A stretch of 64,000 nucleotides of DNA from Pseudomonadota bacterium (GTDB lineage Bacteria; Pseudomonadota; Alphaproteobacteria; JACQOE01). This document shows positions 20,850-30,825 of this stretch, in pieces. Made by a program: the position numbers and the translations under genes. Each line of letters starts with the position of its first letter. Within the stretch, counting starts at the first letter, position 1. The stretch spans positions 707 through 64,706 of the forward strand of contig JACQOE010000013.1 in the NCBI GenBank assembly GCA_016202695.1. The letters are read 5' to 3'. Below the pieces are notes generated by a model that was given only the letters and a program-made list of their open reading frames with translations, made no database searches and was not told where the DNA came from.

Positions 20850-23061
20850 GCGCCGCGCCCGCTTCGATGGTGATCGCACGCGGGCGCTCGCCCGCCTCGT
20901 GCAGCCGTCGCATCTCACGGTAGGCCGCCTCGAGGCCGCGGACGAACCGGCGGGGATCGAAGAGCGGCCCCTTGGCGCGGCCCTCGGCCAACCGGCGGCG
21001 GAGTTCGGCCCGGCGCTCGCGGTCGCCGGCGAGGGCGACCGCCAGCTCCTCATAAGACTCGAGGTCGGGGACCGCGAGCTCGGAGAGGCCCACCGCTGCG
21101 AGCAGGCTCGCCGCCACCCGCGAGGCGAAGGTCTCGCCCGGAGAGGTGAGGACCGGCACGCCGGCGCGAAGGGAATCGCGCGCCGTGGTGTGCGCCCCCA
21201 CCGGGCGGGTGTCGAGGAAGAGGTCGGCCAGACCCAGCCGGGCGAGGTGGGCGCGGTTGCCGGCGCGCGGGGCTAAGACCAGCCGCCCGGCGTCGATGCC
21301 GGCGGCGCCGGCCGCCCCGGCCAGGTTCGCGGCCACCTCGGGGCGCGGGGCGAGGAGCCAGAGCGCCGAGCCCGGCACGCGGCGGAGGATCGCCATCCAG
21401 CGGGCGAAGACTTCGGGCGTGATCTTGTAGCTGTTGTTGAACGAGCAGAAGACCACGCCCTTCTCGGGCAGGCCGCAGTCGGCGCGAGTCGGGGCCGGCG
21501 AGTCGTCGGGCGCGAGTGCCGGGTTCATCTGGTAGCAGTGCGGCAGCCGCACGATCGCCTCGGCGAAGTGGGGCGCGAGCGCGGGCGGGGTGACCACCGC
21601 GTCGGCGATCGCGTAGTCGATGAACCCGGCGCCGAGCGTGCCGGGATAGCCGAGCCAGGAGACCTGCAGGGCCGCCGGCCGGAGGGCGAGGATGCGGGCG
21701 CGGTTGCCCCGGGTGTAGCCCTTGAGGTCGACGAGGAGGTCGAGCCGGTCGGCGGCGATGCGCGCCGCCGCCTCGGGGTCGCCGGTGCCGCGAAGCTCGA
21801 CGAAGCGGTCGCTTTCGCGCTCGACCCGCCGGCGCTCGGCGCCGCCGTCGTCGGGGCCGAGGGAGTAGGCGAAGACCTCGACGGCGCCGCGGTCGTGGAG
21901 CGCGAACAGGTCGCCCATCAGGGTCATGGTGGCGTGGGCGTGGAAGTCGGCCGAGAGGTAGCCGACGCGGAGCCGCCCGCCGGCCGCCCGCGGCGCCGGC
22001 CGCGGTCCGCCCTCGGCGGGCGGGCCGAGCCGGGTGAGGGCGTAGTTGCGGGCGATGGCGAGCTGCTCGGCGGGGGTGGTGGGCAGCGCCAGCGAGCGGA
22101 AGGGGGCGAGCCCGCACCAGGCGCCCTCCTGCGCCAACTTTTGACGGACGAGGTCGAGCAGCCGCCCGGAGAGTCCCTCCAGCCCCTCCCACCGGCAGTC
22201 GTTCTGCAACGCCCAGACGAGCCCGGAGAGCGCCTCGCCGTGGCCGGGCGCGCGGGCGAGCGCGGCCCGGAAGTGGGGAACCGCCTCGCCCCCCCGGTCC
22301 TGCTCGAGGAGGGCGGTGGCGAGGTTGGCCTCGATGTCGGCGCTCTCCGGCTTGAGCGCCAGCGCCCGCCGATAGCAGCCCTCGGCCTCGGCCGCGCGGC
22401 CCAGGTCGAGGAGGGCGATGCCGCGGTTGTTCCACGCCTCGGCGTGGCCCGCATCCTTGCCGAGCGCGGTTTCGAACAGGGCCGCCGCGTCGGCCGGCCG
22501 GCCCTCGGCAAGGAGGAGGGTGCCGAGGCTGGCGAGCGTGGCCGCGACCGGCATCAGCGCCACCGCGCGATCGAGGTGCCGGCGCGCCTCGGCGAAGCGG
22601 CCGCGGGAGCGGAGCAGGTTGCCGAGGTTGTTGTGGGTCTCGACGTGGCCGGGATCGAGGGCGAGCGCGGCGCGGTAGGCGGCCTCGGCCTCGGCGATCC
22701 GTCCGCTCTCGGCCAGCGCCAGGCCCAGGTTGCTGTGGGTCCCGGCGGCGCGCCGGTCGTGGTGGAGGGCCCGGCGGAAGCTGGCGATCGCCGCCTCGTG
22801 CTTGCCTTGCCCGTGCAGCACCAGGCCGAGGTTGGCGTGGGCGGCGGCGTAGGCCGGGCTCACCCGGAGCGCGTGGCGGATCGACTCCTCGGCCTCGGCG
22901 AGGCGCCCGGCCTGGAGGGCGGCGACGCCGAGGAAGTGGAGCGCATCGGCGTTTGCCGGCTCGGCCGCCAGCACCTGGCGATAGAGCGCCTCGGCCTCGG
23001 CGAGCGCGCCCGCCTTGTGGCGCTCGAGCGCCCGCTGCAGGAGCGCGCGGGGGAGCGGCAC
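20842..23061 (-). CDS. TPR-repeat O-GlcNAc transferase-like glycosyltransferase (GT41/SPINDLY family)
   Basis: About 8-9 TPRs (AEALYRQVL, AH.NLG..L), then RLRVGYLSADFHAH, DLKGYT, QVSWLGYPGTLG, FCSFNNSYKI, ADLFLDT and GAHTT. Start GTG 23061 inferred. Confidence 0.92.
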   Translation of the reverse strand: MPLPRALLQRALERHKAGALAEAEALYRQVLAAEPANADALHFLGVAALQAGRLAEAEESIRHALRVSPAYAAAHANLGLVLHGQGKHEAAIASFRRALHHDRRAAGTHSNLGLALAESGRIAEAEAAYRAALALDPGHVETHNNLGNLLRSRGRFAEARRHLDRAVALMPVAATLASLGTLLLAEGRPADAAALFETALGKDAGHAEAWNNRGIALLDLGRAAEAEGCYRRALALKPESADIEANLATALLEQDRGGEAVPHFRAALARAPGHGEALSGLVWALQNDCRWEGLEGLSGRLLDLVRQKLAQEGAWCGLAPFRSLALPTTPAEQLAIARNYALTRLGPPAEGGPRPAPRAAGGRLRVGYLSADFHAHATMTLMGDLFALHDRGAVEVFAYSLGPDDGGAERRRVERESDRFVELRGTGDPEAAARIAADRLDLLVDLKGYTRGNRARILALRPAALQVSWLGYPGTLGAGFIDYAIADAVVTPPALAPHFAEAIVRLPHCYQMNPALAPDDSPAPTRADCGLPEKGVVFCSFNNSYKITPEVFARWMAILRRVPGSALWLLAPRPEVAANLAGAAGAAGIDAGRLVLAPRAGNRAHLARLGLADLFLDTRPVGAHTTARDSLRAGVPVLTSPGETFASRVAASLLAAVGLSELAVPDLESYEELAVALAGDRERRAELRRRLAEGRAKGPLFDPRRFVRGLEAAYREMRRLHEAGERPRAITIEAGAAHG

Positions 23062-23084
23062 CGGCCCCGGCCCCCGCCCGGCCC

Positions 23085-24695
23085 TCAGCGCGCCTTGGGC
23101 GGCGCGCCGAAGCCGCCGCCGCCGGGGGTCTGCATGCGGATCACGTCGCCCTTGCGCACCACCCAGGGCTCGGTCGGGTCGATGGTGCGGCCGTTGAGCC
23201 GCAGCCGGCCATGGGCGCCCGGCCCGCCGCCCAACAGCCCCTCGGGGGCGAAGGCGCGGCGGTTGAGGAGGAAGGTGGTGACGGCCGGCGACTCGGCCTC
23301 GATCCGCACCTCGAAGGTCTGGCCGTCGCCGCCCCGGCGCCGGCCCCGCCCGCCGGTCCGCTTGCGGACCTCGCGGCGGAGCACCCGCACCGGCGCCTCG
23401 CTCTCCATCACCTCGATCGGGGTGTTGCAGAGGTTGCTCGGGAAGCAGACCACGGCATACCCGTCGGCGTGCATCGAGGCGCCCTGGCCGCCGGCGAGGA
23501 AATTGATGGTCACGTAGCGCCGCCCCTGGTGCTCGCCGGTCATGTTGAAGGCGCAGCCCGGCGAGCCGGGCGCGGCCTGCACCCGCTCGGGCACCGCCTG
23601 CGCGAGCGCCCCCAGCACCACCGGCGGCAACAGGTGCCCGACCACGTGGCGCGCGCTCACCGCCGCCGGGAAGCGGGGGTTGAGGATCGAGCCCGGCGGG
23701 GCCGAGGCGGTGATCGGGCGGAACGAGCCGTCGTTGTTGGGGGTGTCGGGGGCGAGCGCGCACTTCACCCCGTAGGCCGAGTAGGCATAGGTGTAGGCGG
23801 GGACCACGTTGACCGCCCGCGGGAGCTGCGGCGAGGAGCCGGCGAAGTCCATGTGCAGGCGGTCGCCGGCGACGGTGATCGCGCAGCGGATGGTGATCGG
23901 CGCGCTGTCCTCGAACCCGTCGTTGCGCACCTCGTACACATAGCGGCCGTCGGGAACCGCGGCGATGGCGGCGCGGGTGATTCCCTCCGCCCGGCCCTGG
24001 ATCTCGGCGCCGAGCGCGGCGAGGTCGACCTCGGCCTCGTCGAGCATCTCGCCGAGGCGGGACTGCATCATCCGGCAGGCCGAGACCTGGCCCCAGACGT
24101 CGCCCATGGTCTGGGCGGGGACGCGGACGTTGCTCTCGATCATGCGCACGATCACCTCGTTCGGGCGGCCCGTCTCGAGGAGCCTGGCGCGCGGGATGTG
24201 CAGCCCCTCCTCGAACAGCTCGCGGGTGCCGGTGCATCGGAGCCGCCCGCCGATGTCGGGGACGTGGCTGACCGCCGCCGCCATCGCCACCGCCCGGCCG
24301 CGGTGGAAGATCGGCATGGCGACGTTGATGTCGGGAAGGTGCCCGGTGCCCATCCAGGGATCGTTGGTGATCAGCGCATCGCCGGGGCGCAAGGTCTCGA
24401 CCGGGAAGCGCTCGAGGAACCGGCGCACCGTGTTCGGCAGGGTGCAGATGAAGGAGGGGATCGAGCGCGTGTTCTGGGCGAGCGAGCGCCCTCGGGTGTC
24501 GGTGAGCACGACCGCGTAGTCGTTGGACTCGCGCACCAGGGTCGAGAAGGAGGTGCGCTCGAAGGTCACCGCCGCCTCGTCGACGATGCTGATCAGGCGG
24601 GTCCACAGGATCTCGAGGCTGACCGGGTCGAGGTTGCGTCGCCTCCGCGAGGTCGTCCTCGCCGGCGGGACGGCGGGGCGGCCGGCGTCGGTCAT
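23085..24695 (-). CDS. Hydantoinase B/oxoprolinase-B family protein (paralog 1)
   Basis: LDPVSLEILW.RL.SIVDE, SFS.LVRE.ND, TNDPW.GTGHLPD, HVPDIGG, EEGL, N.P.E..E and TPGGGGFG. Start ATG 24695. Confidence 0.93.
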   Translation of the reverse strand: MTDAGRPAVPPARTTSRRRRNLDPVSLEILWTRLISIVDEAAVTFERTSFSTLVRESNDYAVVLTDTRGRSLAQNTRSIPSFICTLPNTVRRFLERFPVETLRPGDALITNDPWMGTGHLPDINVAMPIFHRGRAVAMAAAVSHVPDIGGRLRCTGTRELFEEGLHIPRARLLETGRPNEVIVRMIESNVRVPAQTMGDVWGQVSACRMMQSRLGEMLDEAEVDLAALGAEIQGRAEGITRAAIAAVPDGRYVYEVRNDGFEDSAPITIRCAITVAGDRLHMDFAGSSPQLPRAVNVVPAYTYAYSAYGVKCALAPDTPNNDGSFRPITASAPPGSILNPRFPAAVSARHVVGHLLPPVVLGALAQAVPERVQAAPGSPGCAFNMTGEHQGRRYVTINFLAGGQGASMHADGYAVVCFPSNLCNTPIEVMESEAPVRVLRREVRKRTGGRGRRRGGDGQTFEVRIEAESPAVTTFLLNRRAFAPEGLLGGGPGAHGRLRLNGRTIDPTEPWVVRKGDVIRMQTPGGGGFGAPPKAR

Positions 24696-26242
24696 CGTCG
24701 GCGCGCCCCGTAGCCGCCGCCGCCCGCGGTCTCGATCAGCACCCGGTCGCCGGCGGAGAGGACCCAGTGGCGGGCGGGGTCGATGGGCCGGCCGTTCAGG
24801 AGCAGCCGGCTGGGCGCGCCGGCGGCGCCGCCGTGCGCGCCGGGCGCCCGCTTCAGCCGGCGGGTGACGCTGAACGAGACCACGCCCGGGGCCTCGCCGG
24901 CGAACTCGAAGGCCAGCGACTGCCCGTCGCCGCCCCGGCGCAGGCCCCGCCCGCCGGTCCGCTTGCGGATGCCGCGGCGCAGGATGCGCACCGGCAGGAG
25001 CGACTCGATCACCTCGATGGGGACGTTGCTGACGTTGCTCGGGAAGCTGGTGACGGCGAGGCCGTCGCGCGCGGCGCTGGCGCCGAAGCCGCCGTTGAGG
25101 AAATTGATCATGGCGTAGCGCCGGCCGCGGTGCGCGCCCGAGATGGTGAAGTTGGCGGGCGGCGCGCCCGAGGGCGCCACCACCCGCTCGGGCAGCGCTT
25201 CGGCGAATGCCAGCATCACCGCCGGCGGCAGGAGCTGGCCGGTGGTGTTGCGCGCGCCCACGGGGGCGGGGTAGCGCGGGTTGACGACGCTCCCGAGCGG
25301 CGCCTCGACCCGCACCGGCGCGTAGCTGCCCTCGTTGTTGGGGACCCCGGGCGCGAGCAGGCATTTGAGGGCGTAGGCGGTGTAGGAGCGGGTGTAGCTG
25401 ATGGTCGAGTTCACCGCCCGCGCGAGCTGGGGCGAGGAGCCGGCGTAGTCGACCAGGATGCGGTCGCCCCGCACCGCCAGGCGGCAGGCGATCACCACCG
25501 GCTCCTCGAAGCCGTCGTTCTCGATCCGCGAGCGGTAGTCGCCGTCGGGGAGGGCACGGATGGCGGCGCGCATCGCCGCCTCGGCCCGGCGCCTGAGCTC
25601 GGTCCCGAGCGCGCCCACCTCGACCCCGGTCTCGTCGATCAGCGCGACGAGCCCGCGCTCGAGCATCCGGCAGGCCGAGACCTGCGCCCAGATGTCGCCC
25701 AGCGTCTGCTCGGGGACGCGCACGTTCTCGCCGATGAGCTCGATCAGCGTCCGGTTCGGCCGCCCCGCCGCGACCAGCTTGAAGGGCGGGATCTGCAGCC
25801 CCTCCTCGTAGAGCTCGCGGATGCCGAGGTTCCACAGCCGCCCGCCGATGTCGGGGACGTGGGTGACCGAGCCGGCGAAGGCGACGAGCCGCCCCTGGCG
25901 GAAGATCGGCACCGCCATGTTGATGTCGGGGAGATGCCCGGTGCCGATCCACGGGTCGTTGGTGACGATCACGTCGCCGGGGCGAAGGCTCGCGGCCGGG
26001 AAGCGCTTGAGGAAGAGGCGGATTGTGCGCGGCAGCGTGCCGATGAAGGAGGGAATCGAGCGCGTGTTCTGCGCCAGGAGCCGCCCGGCGGCGTCGGTGA
26101 GCACGACCGCGTAGTCGTTGGCCTCGCGCACCATGGTCGAGAACGAGGTGCGCTCCTGGGTGGCCGCGGACTCGTCGACGAGGCCGATGAGCCGGGTCCA
26201 GAGCACCTCGAGTCCGGCGGGGTCGAGGCCGTTTCGTGCCAT
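24692..26242 (-). CDS. Hydantoinase B/oxoprolinase-B family protein (paralog 2)
   Basis: Same motifs (TNDPWIGTGHLPD, HVPDIGG, EEGL, TAGGGGYG). Start ATG 26242; ATGA overlap with paralog 1. Confidence 0.93.
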   Translation of the reverse strand: MARNGLDPAGLEVLWTRLIGLVDESAATQERTSFSTMVREANDYAVVLTDAAGRLLAQNTRSIPSFIGTLPRTIRLFLKRFPAASLRPGDVIVTNDPWIGTGHLPDINMAVPIFRQGRLVAFAGSVTHVPDIGGRLWNLGIRELYEEGLQIPPFKLVAAGRPNRTLIELIGENVRVPEQTLGDIWAQVSACRMLERGLVALIDETGVEVGALGTELRRRAEAAMRAAIRALPDGDYRSRIENDGFEEPVVIACRLAVRGDRILVDYAGSSPQLARAVNSTISYTRSYTAYALKCLLAPGVPNNEGSYAPVRVEAPLGSVVNPRYPAPVGARNTTGQLLPPAVMLAFAEALPERVVAPSGAPPANFTISGAHRGRRYAMINFLNGGFGASAARDGLAVTSFPSNVSNVPIEVIESLLPVRILRRGIRKRTGGRGLRRGGDGQSLAFEFAGEAPGVVSFSVTRRLKRAPGAHGGAAGAPSRLLLNGRPIDPARHWVLSAGDRVLIETAGGGGYGARRR

Positions 26243-26486
26243 CGCGCGCCCTCTCGCGGCCGGGGATCGGCCGGGGTCCGCCGCCCATTTACCCCGGGCC
26301 CGCGGCCTTCGCAAGCCGGGGCTGCCCGGGCCGGGGGGCCGAGCGGCATTGATTCCGCGGCGCGCTTGCCGGAAGATGGCGATCGAGCGCCCGCGGGAAC
26401 GGATGAGTCGAGGGGGGCGCGGGCAACGGGGGCGTGTCCTCGGGGCCTCGGCCCTCTCGCGCGGGCAGGTCAACCGGGAGGACATC

Positions 26487-27446
26487 ATGAGGACCATGAG
26501 CGTTGGTTTGCGCTGCCTGCTGGGCGCGGCGGCGGTGATGCTGGTGCTGCCGGCGCCGGCCGGGGCGATGGAGGCGAAGAAGCCGGCGCGGGTGTCGATC
26601 AGCGTCGGCCCGCCGGGCACGCCCTGGAGCATCGCCGGTGCCGGCATGCTGCAGATCTTCAAGAAGAACGGGGTCGACGGCACCACCGAGCTCGGCGGCG
26701 GGGTGGCCAACCCGATCACGGTAAGCCACGGCCGCACCTACATGGGCTTCACCATGGCCGCCAACATGCCGCTCGCGATCCGCGGCGAGGATCCCTACAA
26801 GGAGAAGATCACCAACATCCGCGGCGTGCACCTGGCGGCGGTCAACGCCGTGCACGTGCTGGCGCGCAAGGAAACGGGGGTCAAGCAGATCGCCGACCTC
26901 GCCGGCCAGAAGTTCGTCACCCAGCCGGTCGGCAACACCACCACCCTCTCCTTCGAGCTTTTGATGAAGGCGACGGGGATCGACGGCAAGGTGGAGCTCT
27001 CGCGCGGTAGCCAGGACTTCGGCTCCAACCAGACCAAGGACCGCAAGGTGGCCGGCTTCACCGCCACCACCGACTACCCGGCGGCGGCCTTCGCCGAGAC
27101 CTTCCAGACCCTCGATGTGTTGCTGCTTCCGGTGCCGGACGACGTGCTCAACAAGGTGCTGGCAATGAACAATGGCTACTTCCGGCACGTGATCCCGGCC
27201 AACACCTATCCGCACCAGCCGACGGCAGTGCCGACCATGGCCACGGCGGCGTTCATGATCACCCGCGCCGAGAACCCGGCCGAGGAGGTCTACTGGATCG
27301 TAAAAACCCTGATCGAGAACCTCGACGACGTGCGTGCGCTGCACGCGTCGTTCAAGAACATCACGCCGAAGGAGATGGCGACGGTTCCCGCCGTGCCGCT
27401 GCACCCGGGCGCCGAGGCGTACTACAAGGAGAAGGGTCTCCTTTAG
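26487..27446 (+). CDS. TAXI-family TRAP transporter solute-binding subunit (paralog 1)
   Basis: Signal peptide, GG.V.N, IPANTY, EEVY.IVK...ENL and VPLHPGA..YYKE.GL; RBS gggagg before ATG 26487. Confidence 0.92.
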   Translation: MRTMSVGLRCLLGAAAVMLVLPAPAGAMEAKKPARVSISVGPPGTPWSIAGAGMLQIFKKNGVDGTTELGGGVANPITVSHGRTYMGFTMAANMPLAIRGEDPYKEKITNIRGVHLAAVNAVHVLARKETGVKQIADLAGQKFVTQPVGNTTTLSFELLMKATGIDGKVELSRGSQDFGSNQTKDRKVAGFTATTDYPAAAFAETFQTLDVLLLPVPDDVLNKVLAMNNGYFRHVIPANTYPHQPTAVPTMATAAFMITRAENPAEEVYWIVKTLIENLDDVRALHASFKNITPKEMATVPAVPLHPGAEAYYKEKGLL

Positions 27447-27695
27447 CGTGTCCGACCGCAGTTCGAGCGGGCCGGTTCCGCAGGGGCCGGCCCGCCGGGC
27501 GCGTTGGGGGATAATTCCAGCACTGCGGGACGGCGGTTGATTCTCGGCCGCGGATTGGGGATGATGAGGCTCCTGGTTCTTGCCGAGCCTCCGGCACGGT
27601 GCCGAGGCGCCATGCCGGCCTTCCTTAATCGTAATGGAACCCGGCGTTCGGGAAGGACATTTCGGCACATCCATCGACTGTCATCAGGGAGGTAG

Positions 27696-28670
27696 ATGAT
27701 GACGATCACACAACTTGCGCTTCGGTCTACGCTCGCGGTCGCGGTCGCGCTCGCCATGGCGCTGCCCGGGGCCGCTGGGGCGGTGGAGGCCAAGAAACCC
27801 GCCGCGGTCTCGATCAGCGTTGGCCCGCCGGGCACCCCGTGGAGCATCAACGGCGCGGGCCTCTGCCAGCTCTTTACCGAGCAGGGCGTGCGCTGCACCA
27901 CCGAGCTCGGCGGCGGGGTGGCCAACCCGGTCACGGTGAGCAAGGGCCGCACCTACATGGGCTTCACCATGGCCGCCAACATGCCGCTCGCGGTCGCCGG
28001 CGAGGATCCCTACAAGGAGAAGATCACCAACATCCGCGGCATCCACTTCCTCACCCACCAGGCGGTCCACGTGCTGGTGCGCAACGAGTGCAACATCAAC
28101 AAGATGACGGACTTCAAGGGCAAGCCGTTCGCCACCCAGCCGGTGGGGAACACGACGACGCTCTCCTTCCAGCTCATGCTCGCCGCGGCCGGGCTCAAGG
28201 AGGACGACCTCAAGATCTCGCGCGGCGGCCAGGACTTCGGCGCCAACCAGGTCAAGGACCGCAACACCTGCGGCTTCACCGCCACCACCGGCTACCCGGC
28301 CCCGGCCTTCTCCGAGGTCATGCAGTCGATGGGCAAGGAGGTGAAGCTCCTCAATCTCTCCGACGAGGAGGTGAAGGGCGTCCAAAAGCTGAATCCGGCC
28401 TATGTCGGCTACGAGCTGCCGGCCAACGTCTATGCCAACCAGCCCAATCCGGTGCGGACCATCGGCACGACGTCGTTCCTGATGACGCGGGCCGAGCAGC
28501 CGGCGGCGGAGGTCTACTGGATCACCAAGCTCATCTTCGAGAACCTCGATCGGGTGCGCGCCATCCACAGCGGCAACAACTTCCTGACCAAGGAGACCGT
28601 GGCCAAGGTGCCAGGCGTACCGCTCCATCCCGGGGCCGAGGCGTACTTCAAGGAGAAGGGGCTGCTGTAA
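27696..28670 (+). CDS. TAXI-family TRAP transporter solute-binding subunit (paralog 2)
   Basis: Same TAXI motifs (LPANVY, VPLHPGAEAYFKEKGLL), signal peptide, RBS ggagg. Confidence 0.92.
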   Translation: MMTITQLALRSTLAVAVALAMALPGAAGAVEAKKPAAVSISVGPPGTPWSINGAGLCQLFTEQGVRCTTELGGGVANPVTVSKGRTYMGFTMAANMPLAVAGEDPYKEKITNIRGIHFLTHQAVHVLVRNECNINKMTDFKGKPFATQPVGNTTTLSFQLMLAAAGLKEDDLKISRGGQDFGANQVKDRNTCGFTATTGYPAPAFSEVMQSMGKEVKLLNLSDEEVKGVQKLNPAYVGYELPANVYANQPNPVRTIGTTSFLMTRAEQPAAEVYWITKLIFENLDRVRAIHSGNNFLTKETVAKVPGVPLHPGAEAYFKEKGLL

Positions 28671-28749
28671 GGGCGGCCGTCCTTCGCGCTTCGTAGCGGA
28701 GGAGGGGCCGGCCGGGCGCGCGGCCGGCCCCGCTTTCCTTGGCGGGGCG

Positions 28750-28778
28750 TTGACAACGCCCTTGCGCGTGGGCTATTC
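28750..28778 (+). promoter_or_regulatory. Candidate sigma70 promoter
   Basis: TTGACA-N17-CTATTC about 60 bp upstream of the permease; matches the alphaproteobacterial CTTGAC-N17-CTATAT type. Confidence 0.55.
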
Positions 28779-28839
28779 CCGCGCCGGCGAGGGTGGTTTC
28801 GCTCAAGCAACAATCGCTCGAAACAGAGGGATGGAGGAC

Positions 28840-30825
28840 ATGGACGCAGTCAAGGCGCGTCTGAGGAATTTCGGGTTCAACGAGTTCGTCCTGCTGGTGG
28901 CGTTCACCATGTCCTCGTACCACGTGGTGATCGGCTACGTCGGCGAGCCGGTGGCCGAGGTCCACCGCCCGATCCATACCCTGTTCGCCATCCTCATCCT
29001 CTACTGGAGCTGGCCGCGGACCGGCACCGAGGCCGAGAAGCGGCTCAAGTTCCTGCGCGACCTCGCCATCTCCGGGGTGATGGTCGCCGCCGCCGCCTAC
29101 CTGTTCCTGAACGCGGAGTACATCGGCGAGCGGATGCAGGTGGTGGACCCGGTCTTCTGGTACGAGCAGGCGCTGGGGGTGGGGCTGATCCTGCTGATCT
29201 TCGAGGCGGCGCGCCGCTCGATCGGCTGGACGATCATCATCGTCGGGCTGGTCTTCCTCGCGTTCGCCCGCTTCGGCTTCCTGCTCCCCGACCCCTTCTA
29301 CCACAACGGCTACGGGCTCGACCGCATCATCGAGCACATGTACCTCACCACCTACGGCATCTGGGGCACTCCGGTGGGGGTGACGGCAAGCTTCGTGTTC
29401 CTGTTCGTGCTTTACGGTTCGCTGCTCCTGTCCTCGGGCGCCGGCGACTTCTTCACCGACCTTGCCCAGGCGTTCACGGGGCGCACGGTCGGCGGCCCGG
29501 CCAAGACCGCGGTGGTCTCCTCGGCGCTGATGGGAACGATCTCGGGAAGCTCGGCCGCCAACGTGGTGACCACGGGCGCGTTCACGATTCCGGCGATGAA
29601 GCAGGCGGGTTACAGCGCCGACTTCGCGGGCGGGGTGGAGGCGGCGGCCTCCTGCGGCGGGCAGCTCATGCCGCCGGTGATGGGCTCGGCCGCGTTCGTG
29701 ATGATGGAGTTCCTGGGCGTCGGCATCTTCGATGTGATGAAGTGGTCGATTCTTCCGGCGCTCCTCTACTTCATTTCCTGCTACTTCATGGTCGACCTCG
29801 AGGCGCGCCGCCGCGGGCTCAAGCCGAAGCCCGACGAACGGCTCCCCAAGGTCTGGCGCGTGCTCATGCGGCGCGGCTACCTCCTGGTCTCGATCTTCGC
29901 GCTCCTCTACTATCTCTACCTGGGCTACACGCCGGCGATGGCCGCCTTCTGGGCGATCGTCTCGCTGGTTGCGCTCGTCTTCATCTTCGATCCCGTCCAG
30001 CGCCTGCGCATCCACTGGGTGATCTGGGAGGCTTTCACCGAGGCTCCCAAGCTGATCGCGCCGATCACGGTCGCCTGCGCGATCGGCGGCATGATCGTCG
30101 GCGTGATGACGCTGACCGCGCTCGGAGACCGCATGAGCGCGCTGATCATCTTCCTCTCGGGCGGCAACGTGCTGGTGACGCTGCTCCTGTCCACCGTCTT
30201 CGGCGTGGTCCTGGGGATGGGGATGCCGACGACCGGCGCCTACATCGTGCTCGCTACCCTGCTCGCGCCGGCGATGGCCAAGATGGGCGTGATGCTGGTC
30301 GCCGCGCACATGTTCCTGATGTGGGTGGCCTCGAAGTCGTCGATCACGCCGCCGGTGGCGATCGCCTCCTACGCCGCGGCGGCGGTGGCGAACAGCGACC
30401 CCTGGAAGACGAGCATGACCGCGTTCCGCATCGCCTTCCCGGTCTTCATCATCCCTTACATGTTTGTCTACGGCCCCTCGCTCCTCCTCATCGGCGAGCC
30501 GTTCGAAATTGCCTGGTCGTTCCTCAGCGCCACCGTCGGCGTCTACGTCCTGTCGGTGGCGATGATCGGCTGGCTGTTCGTGAACCTGAGCTGGTACGAG
30601 CGCGGCTTCGCCGTGATCGCCGCCGTCTCCCTGATGTTCGCCGGCGCGCTCACCGATGCCATCGGCCTCGCCATGACCGTGGTGCTCGTCGCCGTCGCCT
30701 ACTTGCGCGCGAAGCGGCTCGGGCGCGAGGGAGTGGCGGTCTCCTACCGGATGACGCCGGCGGCGCCGGCGGCGGCGACCGAGGCGGTCGAAGCCCCGGC
30801 GGTCGAGCGCCGCCCGGGCGAGTAG
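28840..30825 (+). CDS. TRAP transporter fused 4TM/12TM permease (TAXI-associated), paralog 1
   Basis: GGPAKTAVVSS, GSSAANV.TTG.FTIP.MK, EAAAS.GGQLMPPVMG, LGMGMPTT and ITPPVA. Start ATG 28840 (RBS ggagga). Confidence 0.94.
   Translation: MDAVKARLRNFGFNEFVLLVAFTMSSYHVVIGYVGEPVAEVHRPIHTLFAILILYWSWPRTGTEAEKRLKFLRDLAISGVMVAAAAYLFLNAEYIGERMQVVDPVFWYEQALGVGLILLIFEAARRSIGWTIIIVGLVFLAFARFGFLLPDPFYHNGYGLDRIIEHMYLTTYGIWGTPVGVTASFVFLFVLYGSLLLSSGAGDFFTDLAQAFTGRTVGGPAKTAVVSSALMGTISGSSAANVVTTGAFTIPAMKQAGYSADFAGGVEAAASCGGQLMPPVMGSAAFVMMEFLGVGIFDVMKWSILPALLYFISCYFMVDLEARRRGLKPKPDERLPKVWRVLMRRGYLLVSIFALLYYLYLGYTPAMAAFWAIVSLVALVFIFDPVQRLRIHWVIWEAFTEAPKLIAPITVACAIGGMIVGVMTLTALGDRMSALIIFLSGGNVLVTLLLSTVFGVVLGMGMPTTGAYIVLATLLAPAMAKMGVMLVAAHMFLMWVASKSSITPPVAIASYAAAAVANSDPWKTSMTAFRIAFPVFIIPYMFVYGPSLLLIGEPFEIAWSFLSATVGVYVLSVAMIGWLFVNLSWYERGFAVIAAVSLMFAGALTDAIGLAMTVVLVAVAYLRAKRLGREGVAVSYRMTPAAPAAATEAVEAPAVERRPGE

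Noticed and set aside
20842-26288. Apparent giant fusion ORFs (20842-24606, 23085-26288; similarly 37554-40613, 46721-50122, 50148-52085)
   Set aside because: The upstream extensions are stop-free off-frame reads across the neighbouring real gene. Each true gene has its own start, usually with ATGA/GTGA coupling. No slippery site seen.
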